Of a DNA stretch of 64,000 nt, positions 39,329-50,230 are shown in pieces. The notes under the pieces were generated by a model, which was not told the origin of the DNA, searched no databases, and saw only the letters and a list, made by a program, of their open reading frames with translations. Source of the stretch: an uncultured bacterium (GTDB lineage: Bacteria; Zixibacteria; MSB-5A5; JAABVY01; JAHJOQ01); assembly GCA_965369655.1 (NCBI GenBank), contig CBDUQR010000001.1, positions 192,001 to 256,000 on the forward strand, given 5' to 3'. Position 1 is the first letter of the stretch, and every line of letters begins with the position of its first letter. A program made the translations under genes and the position numbers.

Positions 39329-40096
39329 ATGATACTCTGCATCGATATAGGCAACACCAATGTCGTCATGGGGCTGTTCCGTGACGATGAACTTATTGCG
39401 AACGCTCGCTTTGCGACATCGAATCTGCGGACTGCGGACGAATGCGGCCTGCAGGCGTATCATCTTGTCCAGCGACATCACCCTGACAGCCGGGTCGAGG
39501 TTGACGGCGTGATCATATCGTCGGTGGTGCCGTTCCTGACTCCCCGGATGGCAGACATGAGCAGGCGCTATCTCGATCAGGAACCGATCATTGTGTCACC
39601 TGATCTCGATCTGGGGATTGATCTCGTGGTCGAGAACCCTCGCGAGGTGGGAGCGGACAGGCTTGCTAATTCAGTCGCCGTGATGAAGCTATATGGCGAA
39701 ACCTGTATCGTGATTGACCTCGGGACTGCGACGACGTTTGACATCGTGACGAATCGCGGAGAATATCTCGGCGGAGTGATCGCACCGGGTATCGAGACGG
39801 CGTCATCAAATCTTGTGAAACGAGCCGCGCAGCTCTTTTCGGTTGAGATTGCTCCTCCGAAGAAAACAATCGGCCGGTCTACCGAGGAATGTATGAAGTC
39901 TGGCATATTCTGGGGACAGGTCGAGATGATCAATGGTTTGATCGCGCGCATAGAGGAGGAGCTTCAGGAGGATTGCAGGGTTGTGTTCACCGGCGGTTAC
40001 GGAAAGATATTTGCCGAGCATATAGATCGAGATGCGGTGTGCAATCCTGATCTCACATTGATCGGCCTCAAGATGATCTACGAAAGGCTCGCCTGA
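39329..40096 (+). CDS. coaX: Type III pantothenate kinase
   Basis: IDIGNTN, SSVVP, VGADR, IDLGTATT, GGVIAPG, TGG, LTLIGL. Confidence 0.95.
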   Translation: MILCIDIGNTNVVMGLFRDDELIANARFATSNLRTADECGLQAYHLVQRHHPDSRVEVDGVIISSVVPFLTPRMADMSRRYLDQEPIIVSPDLDLGIDLVVENPREVGADRLANSVAVMKLYGETCIVIDLGTATTFDIVTNRGEYLGGVIAPGIETASSNLVKRAAQLFSVEIAPPKKTIGRSTEECMKSGIFWGQVEMINGLIARIEEELQEDCRVVFTGGYGKIFAEHIDRDAVCNPDLTLIGLKMIYERLA

Positions 40097-40134
40097 GGGC
40101 TATTTGTCGGCGAGAGAGCAATAGAGTAGATATG

Positions 40135-40167
40135 AAAAACCCCGCCGCATCTGCGACGGGGCTTTTT
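40135..40167. terminator. Bidirectional rho-independent terminator
   Basis: AAAAACCCCGCCGCA-TC-TGCGACGGGGCTTTTT between convergent genes. Confidence 0.7.
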
Positions 40168-40172
40168 GATTC

Positions 40173-41186
40173 TTAGAATCTTATCCCGAATGAAAACCTG
40201 TGCACTGATTCGAGATGTCCGAAATCAGACCATGCGTAGTCGACCGCGAGATTGGCATCCTGGGCCGGACTGAGAAGCAACCCACCGCCAAGGGTCAGGC
40301 CTTCTTCCTCGTATCTGAATTTGTATCCGGCGCGAAGGGCGACCGTGCTGTTCCACGAATACTCGGTACCGAGTGACAATTGCTGCATATTGTCATTCGG
40401 ATGCTTCCCTTCGGCGGTAACTGTCCAGGTAGACATGCTTGTCTGGAGCAGGTCATACGCCACTCCAAGCCTGAAGACGAGCGGAAGATCATAGCCTTCG
40501 GTTGCAAGGCTCGCATTCACCGGATCGTAGTTGGTATTATCCTGATCGCGTTGGTATTTGAAATTGAGATTCGATCCTGAGAATTGCAGACTCGGTCCCA
40601 TATTCGAGATATTGACGCCCATTCTCAGGTTTCGATATCCGGTTGCGAATTTGGTACCGAAATCAAAGGCAATCGCGCTGCTTCGCGCTTCGGCGATCCG
40701 CTCGGCTACATACTTGACATTGAGTCCGAACGCGAATCTGTCGGTCAGGCTCCTCGCATAGCCAGCGGCCAGCGAGTAACTCGATGCATCGAATGTGTTG
40801 CCGGTGCCGTTCGGTTCCCAGACCGTTGTCTCCTCCATTTCCCCGATACTCAGCAGGCTCATCGAGAATCCGATTGTTCCGCCGAAACCCATTGGCCTGG
40901 CGAAGGAGATGAAATTCAGACTGACATCTTCGATCCAGTTGACATTTGTAAAGGCGAATTCGGTCTGCTCCATATTGGCCATGCCTGCCGGATTCCAGTA
41001 CATCGAATAGGCGTCATCAACCATAGCGACCGATGCTTCACCCATTCCGATATATCTTGCGCCGACTCCGATCTTCAGGAACTGCGCTCCGGCTGTCCCG
41101 ACCTTCGAGAATTCGCCGGAATAGCCTGTCGAGGCAAGCAGGACGAATATCAAGCACGCTGTTATTGCATATCGACATATTCTCAT
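40173..41186 (-). CDS. PorV/PorQ-like (UPF0164) outer-membrane beta-barrel
   Basis: Signal peptide; KVGTAGAQFLKIGVGAR..GMGEA; YWNPAG; C-terminal HRFSFGIRF. Confidence 0.85.
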   Translation of the reverse strand: MRICRYAITACLIFVLLASTGYSGEFSKVGTAGAQFLKIGVGARYIGMGEASVAMVDDAYSMYWNPAGMANMEQTEFAFTNVNWIEDVSLNFISFARPMGFGGTIGFSMSLLSIGEMEETTVWEPNGTGNTFDASSYSLAAGYARSLTDRFAFGLNVKYVAERIAEARSSAIAFDFGTKFATGYRNLRMGVNISNMGPSLQFSGSNLNFKYQRDQDNTNYDPVNASLATEGYDLPLVFRLGVAYDLLQTSMSTWTVTAEGKHPNDNMQQLSLGTEYSWNSTVALRAGYKFRYEEEGLTLGGGLLLSPAQDANLAVDYAWSDFGHLESVHRFSFGIRF

Positions 41187-41196
41187 TACGCCACCC

Positions 41197-43872
41197 TCAC
41201 TTTATTACCGCAAACTTGCCAATTTTCGAACCGTACTCTGATTCCACAGCATAGAAATATATTCCGGGCGCAACTCCCTGGGCATTGAATGACATGATAT
41301 CCCAGTACGCCGTCCCGTCATTGCCCGAGTGCTCGATTGTCTGCACCAAATCGCCTGCAAGTGTATAGATTCTGACTGTGCAGACATCCGGGAGATTCAC
41401 GAATTCGAGTCGACGATCGCCCTCGGTGCTTTCCCATGCCGCATTGACCAGGTAAGGATTCGGAACTACCTTGATGTTATCGAGCCCGGACTTGGCCGCG
41501 GCGAAATCGATACCCGGTCCCCGGAAGGTGAACACATCGTCAGGTCCGTTCAGTGGAGCTCCCTGAATTGTCAGGACGTCTCCAGATCCCCACCTGTCCA
41601 TCCCAATTGTATCGAGATAAAAGAACCAGGTGTGGAAATACGGATAGGCTTCGGGGTGAGGCTCGTCGTCGTACGGATAATCCACGACGACTATTGCATC
41701 TTTGCTCTCATCCTCGGGATCCCATGGTGTCCACTCGCCGTCGAATTTCCAGTCGACGATCTCCGCAATGACCTGTTCACCGGTGGTGACGTTCCATATC
41801 TCAAACGGAAGCGCAACCGGAGTCACATCATCCCACCACCAGTAGCCTTCAGAGCCTGAAGTTGTGAAGCGAAGCTCGTAATCTGCTCTGTAATGTTTAC
41901 CACCCGTTTGAGGCAAACCGGCTGCATACACCATTGAGTAGACGATATCATTAGTTGTTCTGAGCGTTGTGTCACCCGCTATAGAAAACTCGGTCTGAGC
42001 CGTCACGGTCGTGTCGTTCTCCACATCAATGACAATCAGGCTGAAACCGTCGGTCACAGTGGCCGATTCGTCATCTTCTTCAATCTGAACGAATTGATTC
42101 GCCAGCAGAGTATCGCCGGTTGACGCATTCAGCAGATGCCAGTATGTAGCGTAATCGTCATCGCTGAATCTCACTTCGTACTCGTTACCCGTCATCTGGG
42201 AGGCATCGTATTCCGTAACAATGATACGGCCATCGCTCAGCCTGCCCTGATTCTCTGCCGTGTGAGAAATGGTTTTCTCAATCGGGTAGTATCCTGCAGG
42301 TAGTGACCTGGGTCGCACCTCGATAGCGTTCGAATCGGACCCCGGCGTACCGATCGCGCATGCGAGCGAAGATATATTTTCGTCACCCTCATCGTATGCC
42401 ACTATCGAGTACCAGTAGTCGAAGCCATTAGTGGCGGTTGTGTCGATGAATGTGTGCGCGATCATATCGCTTATGTCGAGCTTTTCGAATTTCGTTATGG
42501 GGACATATCCCGGCCCGATGCTTCCGTCTTCGTTCCTGATCTTCTTTCCCCATGTAAGTCCGTAATCGGTTGATCTGTAGAGTCTGTATCCGGCAAAATC
42601 GAACTCGCCTGTCGATGGGTCGATCGAGTATTCCGATGAGTTGTCCCACCAGAGCTTAGCTTTGTCGTCGCCCGCTTTCACATGGAGTTTCGGTTGACTC
42701 GGCGGCTCGGGACCGACGAAGTAGTTATCGTAGATCATCTGAGCAACATCTGCGTTGCTCTTGAGTTGCACAGAGTCCTGGCCTGCAATCAGGGCATATA
42801 CCACTCTGACCGTCTTGCCTGCCTGAAGGTCAATCCCTCGTGTGCATTGAATATAGTACTGGTCGTTCGGCGGAAGACTCTCATCGAATTGATCGCTGTT
42901 GATCAACTCAAATCGCTCCTGATCCGTGTATCTGCTCACCCATTCGCCGGTACGGAACGAGGTCATTCCGATGCCGTCGGGCGTCTCGATATACTTGGTT
43001 CCCATGACGCCGGTCTCAACATCGCGTCCCCATCCCGGATCGTACGCGTCCTCATCATATGTCCAGGCGAGATTCCTCTCCTCGTCGAAAGCAACCAAAT
43101 CGCCTAATCTACCGTTTTCCCCCTGACCATCAGGACCACCAATATCGAAATCGCAATAGAGGCCGAAGGCGAAATCCGAGTAATCCTGCTCGCTTGCATT
43201 TGTTATCTGCAGTACGATGAACAGGTAATCCTCATTGTAGCTGAAATTCCACTGATAGACTGTGTGAGTTATTTCGATCCCGAGTTGACTTGTCCCCAGA
43301 GCGTCATCGCTCATTCTAAAATGGCTTTCCTGCTGAGCAATCGGACCGCCATCATAATATTCTTCCTCGATTGGATCCCAGATACTGTTATATCTCCACA
43401 GATCGAGTTCAGGATCATAAATACGCCACCCATAAGACGGTCGACCACGTCCGAGGCCTGCAGTGTCGGACATATCATAGTCATATGTCGTATTGATAGT
43501 CGACATCCTGATGCCATAAGTATTAATGTTGGAGACAAGAGAGGGGATCGGCATGAGATCTTCCTCTGAATTGACGACGACTGTATCGCCGTCCTCGGTG
43601 ACAGCGCCCATCCAGTATTTGATCTCAGCCAGGTATTCGCGTCCGGAGTTTTTCGGCCATTCTCCGGATGGTTGGAAAATTGAGTATCCGCCGATTTCGC
43701 CCCAGTTTGCGACAGTGACGCGGATATTTCCCTTGTCATGCACAACGTTGTCCCGGAACTGGGCCGGAGGCAACATAGACGAAAGTAAGGCGGCATACGA
43801 TGCCGCAAGCGGCATCATGGCGAATACGGCCACCATCGCCAGAACCGTGATTTTAACTGCTATTCTTGACAT
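41197..43872 (-). CDS. Large secreted protein with a Fn3-like domain and T9SS-like CTD
   Basis: Signal peptide; GEWPKNSG; FAGYRLYRSTD...NGFDYWYSIVAYD; C-terminal IKVVPNPY...VAPGIYFY...GKFAVIK. Confidence 0.75.
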   Translation of the reverse strand: MSRIAVKITVLAMVAVFAMMPLAASYAALLSSMLPPAQFRDNVVHDKGNIRVTVANWGEIGGYSIFQPSGEWPKNSGREYLAEIKYWMGAVTEDGDTVVVNSEEDLMPIPSLVSNINTYGIRMSTINTTYDYDMSDTAGLGRGRPSYGWRIYDPELDLWRYNSIWDPIEEEYYDGGPIAQQESHFRMSDDALGTSQLGIEITHTVYQWNFSYNEDYLFIVLQITNASEQDYSDFAFGLYCDFDIGGPDGQGENGRLGDLVAFDEERNLAWTYDEDAYDPGWGRDVETGVMGTKYIETPDGIGMTSFRTGEWVSRYTDQERFELINSDQFDESLPPNDQYYIQCTRGIDLQAGKTVRVVYALIAGQDSVQLKSNADVAQMIYDNYFVGPEPPSQPKLHVKAGDDKAKLWWDNSSEYSIDPSTGEFDFAGYRLYRSTDYGLTWGKKIRNEDGSIGPGYVPITKFEKLDISDMIAHTFIDTTATNGFDYWYSIVAYDEGDENISSLACAIGTPGSDSNAIEVRPRSLPAGYYPIEKTISHTAENQGRLSDGRIIVTEYDASQMTGNEYEVRFSDDDYATYWHLLNASTGDTLLANQFVQIEEDDESATVTDGFSLIVIDVENDTTVTAQTEFSIAGDTTLRTTNDIVYSMVYAAGLPQTGGKHYRADYELRFTTSGSEGYWWWDDVTPVALPFEIWNVTTGEQVIAEIVDWKFDGEWTPWDPEDESKDAIVVVDYPYDDEPHPEAYPYFHTWFFYLDTIGMDRWGSGDVLTIQGAPLNGPDDVFTFRGPGIDFAAAKSGLDNIKVVPNPYLVNAAWESTEGDRRLEFVNLPDVCTVRIYTLAGDLVQTIEHSGNDGTAYWDIMSFNAQGVAPGIYFYAVESEYGSKIGKFAVIK

Positions 43873-43894
43873 ATATCGCACTCCACACAACTGG

Positions 43895-46570
43895 TTAGAA
43901 TATCAACTCTATACCCCATCGAATTTGTCTCGGCGTGTCGAAATTCTGGGGGTCTCTTGCCAGCAACCGCCTGACGTCGTTCATATCATCCGAGGTCAAC
44001 GGTCCCGCACCATCCGGATCGTAAGCCAGCAGCGGGTCCCATCCGTCATCATCCGGCTGACCCGTGTTCGAATAGACATTTATTACATTCCGGCTATCGA
44101 AAAGGTTTTCGACTTCGAGGAAAACCGATACAAACGAGTTGCTCGTCTTTCCGAGATAAAAATCCTTGTTCAGCTTCAGGCTGACAGTATTTGTCGACGG
44201 CATACGTCCCTCGTTGAGCAGGCCGATCCTGTTGCCCTGGTTATCTGTTTTCGTGTATGGCATTCCGCTGCCGTAACTGAACAACACATTCAGACCGGTT
44301 GTACTCGGAAGTCTCACGCCGAACAGCCTCGCCTTGAAATCTTTCGGGGTGCGGTAGTCAAAATTGACAGAGAGCGTATGTCTCTGATCGAATGCCAGCG
44401 GATACTCTCGAACCGGGACTACCGGCGAGTTCTCTTCGGTGTAATAATCGTAATAACCTTCATATGGATAGGAGGCGTTGCCGCGAGCAATCATGAACCC
44501 GTAGTTTATCGATCCAGCGAAGTTGTTGGACCTTCTCTTCGTCAGGACAACATCCAGCCCCTTGACGGAGCCGTAATCTGCGTTGTCATAGGCGACATAC
44601 GTTCCACCCGGATAGCGAACGAGCTGAGTGGTCGTCAGATCGGAGATGTCTCTGTAATATGTGACCAGCCTGAGCATGGTGTTCTGATCCAGCAAATGGT
44701 TGACGCCGAGTTCGTAGCCGACGGTCTTCTCCGGCTCCAGATTCGGGTTACCGACAAGCGGGAAACCGGAGTTCAGCTCAGCCTGCAGATTCGTGTACAT
44801 GTACGAATAGAGAGGCACCTGAAAGTAGAGCCCATAGTTGAAGTGAATCACCGTATGCTCTGATATCGGGTGCGACATACCGAGCCTGGGTGATACCTGG
44901 AATTTCGGATCTGCGGTCAGCCAGTTGTCTTTCTTAACCGGGTTTTCCCAGTATCCGATGGCTGCGTCGAGGTAATCGAGTCTCAGGCCGGCGTTTATCA
45001 CCATCTCCTGCAGTTCGATCTTGTCCTGGACATATGCCGCCGCGTATCTCGGCTCGACATTGTATTTCTCTCCGTACGGGATCGAATTGAAGAACTGCTT
45101 GCTGTCCCAGTTCAGCTTGTTGAACCTGTACTCTGCGCCGATTTTCACCTGATGGTGTTTGTCGACCTGCATGAGCATGTCTCCCGACAGGCTTTTGTAC
45201 GAGTTGTATCTATTGGAGTAGACCGGGTAGAAATCGCTCCCTTCGGTGAATCCGGAATAGAAATAGGTCTCGCTCGCCAGATAGTTATTGTCGTCGATAT
45301 CACCGTCGTAAATCCCGTCTGTTTCCTTGTATCCGGGCCACTCCGACCAGTAGAGGTCGAAGAGATGTTCCGGCGCGAGCTTTGTCCAACTCTCGAAATG
45401 GTTCAGCCTTGCATTCAGGACCATGTTCGCTTTCGGCGTCAGCGTAAGGCGGAGGCCGAAACGGGATGATTCCGTCTTAACGAGTCCCAAGCCATCGAGA
45501 TTGAAATCGTATGAGCGTCCGTTGACGTCCCTGTGGACGTACCGGTGTCTTTTCGCCTTGTAGTAATTGCCGAACAGGTTGATCTTCATATTCGGTATGG
45601 GTTGGAAGGCTACCTTGCCCACCTGTGAGATTGATCTCAGGTCATTGTGCGGAAGATATCCCTCGATCTCTCTGATCTCTGTGGAACTGAAAAATGTCGC
45701 CTTGTAACGATCATACATATATGGTACAGGACCACCGATATTACCAATTCCGCTGTTGCGGCCAATTCGTTTCAGGTCATCGAATTCGCCCGTGTTGACG
45801 TCATAGGTTTTTGTCAGACCGTCGTAGAGTCTGAGTTTACCGTGGTACTTATTGGATCCCTCCTGTGTCATCGCGCTGATAACGCCGGAGAGAGCTTCGC
45901 CGTACTCAGCCGAAAAGCCACCCGGAACAATATCGATTTCTTCGAGCGCATCGGGCGCAATACGGGTTCCGGCATTGCCATAGAATGGATCCTGGACCGG
46001 GATACCATCAAAATAGTAACTGTTTGTGCCGTCTCTACCTCCGCGAACATGCAGGAAGCCGTTGGCGTCGGTAACTGTGCCGGCCGTGATGTTCACAATG
46101 TTATCGATTGAGAGAGCGTTTGGAAGGTGTCTCAACTCATCCCTGGTGATAACATTGACAGAGGCTGTCCGATCTTTTCTCAGGAGCGGTTTCTCAGCAA
46201 GGACTCTGACAACTTCATCAGTCTGGATCGTCGTTGGATCCAGATCGAAGCTGATCGGTGTTGTCAGGTCGAGAAGAACTCTGACCTCATGCATGGCGAG
46301 AGATTTGTGACCGAGAGATTGTGCCACAAGAGTGTACATTCCTACCGGCACATTGATGAAGTAGTACTCTCCGTCGGCGTCTGTGACGCAGGTAATCTCG
46401 AATTCCTCGATAGTAACGGTTGCGCCCGCGAGAGGTTCGCCGGTGTCCGCGTTGTAGATTGTTCCCGCTATTTTACCTGCCGTGCCGGCTAACACGAAAC
46501 ATGGTATCAACAACGCTGCGAGCGCAATCATGAGAACCGACAGCTTGTATCCATTTCTTATAAGTTTCAT
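43895..46570 (-). CDS. TonB-dependent receptor with an N-terminal carboxypeptidase-regulatory-like domain
   Basis: GKIAGTIYNADTGEPLAGATV; plug HVRGGR...GGFSAEYG; GNPNLEPEKT; NLFD; PRQIRWGIELIF. Confidence 0.92.
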   Translation of the reverse strand: MKLIRNGYKLSVLMIALAALLIPCFVLAGTAGKIAGTIYNADTGEPLAGATVTIEEFEITCVTDADGEYYFINVPVGMYTLVAQSLGHKSLAMHEVRVLLDLTTPISFDLDPTTIQTDEVVRVLAEKPLLRKDRTASVNVITRDELRHLPNALSIDNIVNITAGTVTDANGFLHVRGGRDGTNSYYFDGIPVQDPFYGNAGTRIAPDALEEIDIVPGGFSAEYGEALSGVISAMTQEGSNKYHGKLRLYDGLTKTYDVNTGEFDDLKRIGRNSGIGNIGGPVPYMYDRYKATFFSSTEIREIEGYLPHNDLRSISQVGKVAFQPIPNMKINLFGNYYKAKRHRYVHRDVNGRSYDFNLDGLGLVKTESSRFGLRLTLTPKANMVLNARLNHFESWTKLAPEHLFDLYWSEWPGYKETDGIYDGDIDDNNYLASETYFYSGFTEGSDFYPVYSNRYNSYKSLSGDMLMQVDKHHQVKIGAEYRFNKLNWDSKQFFNSIPYGEKYNVEPRYAAAYVQDKIELQEMVINAGLRLDYLDAAIGYWENPVKKDNWLTADPKFQVSPRLGMSHPISEHTVIHFNYGLYFQVPLYSYMYTNLQAELNSGFPLVGNPNLEPEKTVGYELGVNHLLDQNTMLRLVTYYRDISDLTTTQLVRYPGGTYVAYDNADYGSVKGLDVVLTKRRSNNFAGSINYGFMIARGNASYPYEGYYDYYTEENSPVVPVREYPLAFDQRHTLSVNFDYRTPKDFKARLFGVRLPSTTGLNVLFSYGSGMPYTKTDNQGNRIGLLNEGRMPSTNTVSLKLNKDFYLGKTSNSFVSVFLEVENLFDSRNVINVYSNTGQPDDDGWDPLLAYDPDGAGPLTSDDMNDVRRLLARDPQNFDTPRQIRWGIELIF

Positions 46571-47029
46571 GGCATATTCCTCGCCCTTTCACGTGACTGT
46601 ATGTCTCTTAGAACCTTCCTTTAGCAATTGACGAAGATCCTCATATGTGAATTCCCTAGTTTGCTGAACTGAATCATGAGATAGTCTCTTTCTGCAACAA
46701 TTATCGACAGGAGCATCCCAGACTTTAGAGGGCATTTGTCGATCTAATGGAAACGGACTCATTCAGATCGACTTTCTGTCAGGATTAAGCCGAACCACAG
46801 ACAAATCATATTGATATTGACTCTGCATCACTATCTATGATCGGCAGAACTGATCATTCTATTAGCAGGTGAAGAGTCCTTTTATTCAAGCTGGTACACA
46901 AAACGCCGATAATCACTGGAAGGAGAGGTGCATGCCGCTCAGGTGTTTGCGGATGTGCTTTCCAACAGATTAGGTAACGCTCGGTAATTTGGGAACATCG
47001 GGACATTGCATAGAACTACCATTCTAAAG

Positions 47030-47983
47030 ATGCGAGCGGTATTCATCGTGCTGTTATGCACCATTGCCGCAGCGTCCACGCTATTTGAGTCGACAGGCTA
47101 CGCCGACAGTTCCAGCGTGATCATCATCTCCGATGATCAGCAGAAATCCACACAGAGATCTATCAAGGGAGTAAGGCAGACGCTCGAAAGAAGCGGCCTT
47201 CCGGTCAGAATCGAGTATTTCGTTGCTGTCCCTGGCGGTGACAACGAGGCCTCCCTGTCGGAGATGGTTCGACAATCAGAGCCCAGAGTGCTCGTGACCA
47301 TCGGGTCACGCTGCACCAAACTTGCCATGTCTATCGAATCGGGAGTTCCCGTCGTATTTGCATCGGTGCTCAACCCTGTGACGAGCGGGCTTGTGCAGAG
47401 CTACGATAAACCGGGCGATAAAGTGACCGGAGCATCACTGGACATAGACCTTGGAATGCAGATCGAAAGATTCAGAGAGCTCGTTCCATCGACAAAGAAA
47501 CTCGGCATTTTCTACAGCGACAGAACGAAATACATTATTGAACAAGCTCGTGATCTCGCGCTCGACCGATCTGTGCAGATTATCGGTTACGAAATTTCAT
47601 CACAGAAGGACGTGCCCAGGGGGATCGATTCGCTGACAAGATCGTGCGACGGGATTCTCGCAATACCTGATGAACTGATATACACTCCTCAGTCAACCAG
47701 GTTTATTCTGCTCGAATCATTCCGAAGTAAAGTCCCAGTGATGGGTTTCTCCCCATCATTCGTCAAATCGGGTGCGCTGTTCGCGCTTATTGTAGACCAC
47801 AAATTCGTTGGCGTTCAGGCCGGTCTTCTAGTAGTGAAAGTGTTGAAGGGAATACCTGCCGGTCTGCTTGCAGTGACGACACCCGAAGCCCCCTACCTCT
47901 ACATCAACAGGAACACTGCCGAGAAGATGCGCCTGGACATTCCGTCAGAATACTATAGTGTCGCCAAGGAGGTGTACGAATGA
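47030..47983 (+). CDS. Periplasmic ABC-substrate-binding-like protein, probably a sensor partner
   Basis: Signal peptide; VLVTIG, PVVFASVLNP, VTGAS, FVKSGAL, LYINRNTAEKM. Overlaps the kinase gene, and no permease or ATPase gene is nearby. Confidence 0.8.
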   Translation: MRAVFIVLLCTIAAASTLFESTGYADSSSVIIISDDQQKSTQRSIKGVRQTLERSGLPVRIEYFVAVPGGDNEASLSEMVRQSEPRVLVTIGSRCTKLAMSIESGVPVVFASVLNPVTSGLVQSYDKPGDKVTGASLDIDLGMQIERFRELVPSTKKLGIFYSDRTKYIIEQARDLALDRSVQIIGYEISSQKDVPRGIDSLTRSCDGILAIPDELIYTPQSTRFILLESFRSKVPVMGFSPSFVKSGALFALIVDHKFVGVQAGLLVVKVLKGIPAGLLAVTTPEAPYLYINRNTAEKMRLDIPSEYYSVAKEVYE

Positions 47984-49671
47984 GACGACGCGTGTCATTC
48001 ACAAGCCTCCGCTTCAGGGCGATGATTACTATCTCGGGGCTGATCATTCTCACATCGGCAGTTGTCGGAGCCTTCCTGTTCAGTCAGATGAAGAACGAGA
48101 TGAAACAGGAACTTCTCAATTGGGGTGAGACGACTGTCAGGCAGATAGCAAATAGTTGTGAGTATGGCGTACTGACAGAGAACTCTGCAGAACTAAACAG
48201 CATTCTCGAAGGACTGACAGTTCAGAATGTTTTCGTATATGCAGCAGTACAGGACAGTGCGGGCGAGATTCTCGCGCAATTCAATCTATTAGGATTAGGT
48301 GCTGTGGATCTTGTAACATGGATTGCAAAGCGTGATTTCTCGAAGGAATATCAGTTGGATACCACGCACATTAGCTACTGGAGTATTCCGGAAGATGAAA
48401 TTGACATTGCTGATTTCAGCTTCCCGGTCCGTACTGCGACATTTGATATAGCTCTCGAAGATCTCGGTGTTACAGTCGTCGAGAGTGACACATATGACGT
48501 GACGTATGAAAAGATCGGTTTGATCAGGATCGGCTTCTCGCTCAAGGAGATGAACAGCCGCATCTATGCCGCCGCAAGACTTATCTCGATAATCATACTG
48601 CTCGTTGCGGCTGCAGTCATCGCGCTGACAGCCGTTCTGGTCAACGTGATCATCAAACCCATCGACAGACTGGCGGGAGCAGTCGAGCGAATATCCAAAG
48701 GAGATCTGTCACAGTCGGTAGAGGAGAGTTCCATTGACGAACTCAGAAAACTAGCTAAAGCATTCAATGTGATGGTGAAATCTCTGAGGGAATCTCGAGA
48801 TGAGATCGAGATGTATAATCGCACCCTTGAATTGAAAATCACCGAGCGCACGAGAGAACTGGAAGAGGCTCAGACGCAGCTTGTCCAGTCTGAAAAGATG
48901 AGCGCGATAGGTCAACTCGCGGCAGGCGTAGCACATGAGTTGAACAATCCTATGGGAGGAATACTTGGCTACGCCCAGTTCGCACTCGAAAAAATGTCGA
49001 TGGCTATTCCTGAAAATCTGACCGAGAAGGATATCAAGTCTCAAGTCAAGTATCTGACGGATATCGAGCAGCAGGCGCGTCGATGCCGAGGAATAATAAG
49101 GAATCTTCTGAAGTTCTCCAGGTCGTCCGACAAGAAGGAATGGGAAGAGTTTGACTTCAATGTGATGTTGCTCGATACCATATCTCTGATACAACATCAG
49201 TTCGACCTCAGCAACATCGAGTTGGAAAAGGACTTTTCAGATGATCTGCTATTGTATTATGGCAATACGAGCCAGTTGCAGCAGGTGTTCACGAACCTGT
49301 TGCTGAACGCTCAGCACGCGGTGCTTGATGGGGGCAGGATCACTCTAACAACACAGTTGTTGCCGAGTCTGGGTGAGTTCTCCGGATGTGTCGAAGTGGT
49401 TGTCGAAGATAGCGGCAATGGCATTGAAGCTGAGAATTTGAACAGGGTCTTTGAGCCATTCTTTACGACTAAGGAAAGCGGCAAAGGCACCGGACTCGGA
49501 CTATCCGTCAGCTTCGGAATTGTGAAGGAGCATGGGGGCGATATAACGGTAAGCAGCGAAGTCGGTGTGGGGACGCGTTTTACTGTCATATTGCCGCTTG
49601 ACAACACCTCCACAGGATCGACCGGCAAGATAAGTCAGGTTTTGAGCGGAAAGGTTCAATCCGAGCAATGA
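47980..49671 (+). CDS. Membrane sensor histidine kinase (HAMP, NtrB-like)
   Basis: Two TM helices and HAMP; H-box AGVAHELNNP; N-box QVFTNLLLNA; DSGNGI; FEPFFTTK; GTGLGL. Confidence 0.95.
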   Translation: MRRRVSFTSLRFRAMITISGLIILTSAVVGAFLFSQMKNEMKQELLNWGETTVRQIANSCEYGVLTENSAELNSILEGLTVQNVFVYAAVQDSAGEILAQFNLLGLGAVDLVTWIAKRDFSKEYQLDTTHISYWSIPEDEIDIADFSFPVRTATFDIALEDLGVTVVESDTYDVTYEKIGLIRIGFSLKEMNSRIYAAARLISIIILLVAAAVIALTAVLVNVIIKPIDRLAGAVERISKGDLSQSVEESSIDELRKLAKAFNVMVKSLRESRDEIEMYNRTLELKITERTRELEEAQTQLVQSEKMSAIGQLAAGVAHELNNPMGGILGYAQFALEKMSMAIPENLTEKDIKSQVKYLTDIEQQARRCRGIIRNLLKFSRSSDKKEWEEFDFNVMLLDTISLIQHQFDLSNIELEKDFSDDLLLYYGNTSQLQQVFTNLLLNAQHAVLDGGRITLTTQLLPSLGEFSGCVEVVVEDSGNGIEAENLNRVFEPFFTTKESGKGTGLGLSVSFGIVKEHGGDITVSSEVGVGTRFTVILPLDNTSTGSTGKISQVLSGKVQSEQ

Positions 49672-49816
49672 TATCTAAACGGGCGCAGCCTGAGCATAGA
49701 GCCGGATAATGATTATCGCCAGGAAATTCATCGTCACGAACAGGAATAATCCCGAGTAGTTTCTTGTTCAGAATATCTCGCGAGCTCCCGATAAGAAGAT
49801 ACGGAGCAGTTGATAT

Positions 49817-50230
49817 ATGGCAGATACCAAACAGGTAAAGACAATCCTTATTGTCGATGACACGGCAGTCATTCGGAATCTGCTGACCGAGCTTCTCGAG
49901 TCGGATGGTTACGATATCGTTTGTGCCAACGACGGTGTAGAGGCTCTGGATGTGATAAAATCGAAGCAGGTGGATCTGGTATTCTGTGACATCCACATGC
50001 CGAGGCGGAATGGTCTCGATACTCTGAAGAAATCGAGGGAGATCAGGCCGGATCTCTTGTTTGTGATGACTGACAGTCTCCCGGATGAGATGGCTAAAGC
50101 TGCTCAATCGATTGGGGCGATTACATGCATCAGCAAGCCATTCGACCTCGATGAAATTCGCAGCAGTGTCCGGCAGGCAGAAGCTCTCTATTCGAAAGGC
50201 CGGAATGTCGAACGAATCACCTCACGGTAA
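49817..50230 (+). CDS. Single-domain response regulator
   Basis: ILIVDD, FCDIHMP, ISKPF. Confidence 0.92.
   Translation: MADTKQVKTILIVDDTAVIRNLLTELLESDGYDIVCANDGVEALDVIKSKQVDLVFCDIHMPRRNGLDTLKKSREIRPDLLFVMTDSLPDEMAKAAQSIGAITCISKPFDLDEIRSSVRQAEALYSKGRNVERITSR

Noticed and set aside
46571-47029. Cobalamin or other riboswitch upstream of the TonB-dependent receptor
   Set aside because: I could not recognise a B12 box or other aptamer consensus by eye. An Rfam scan would settle it.
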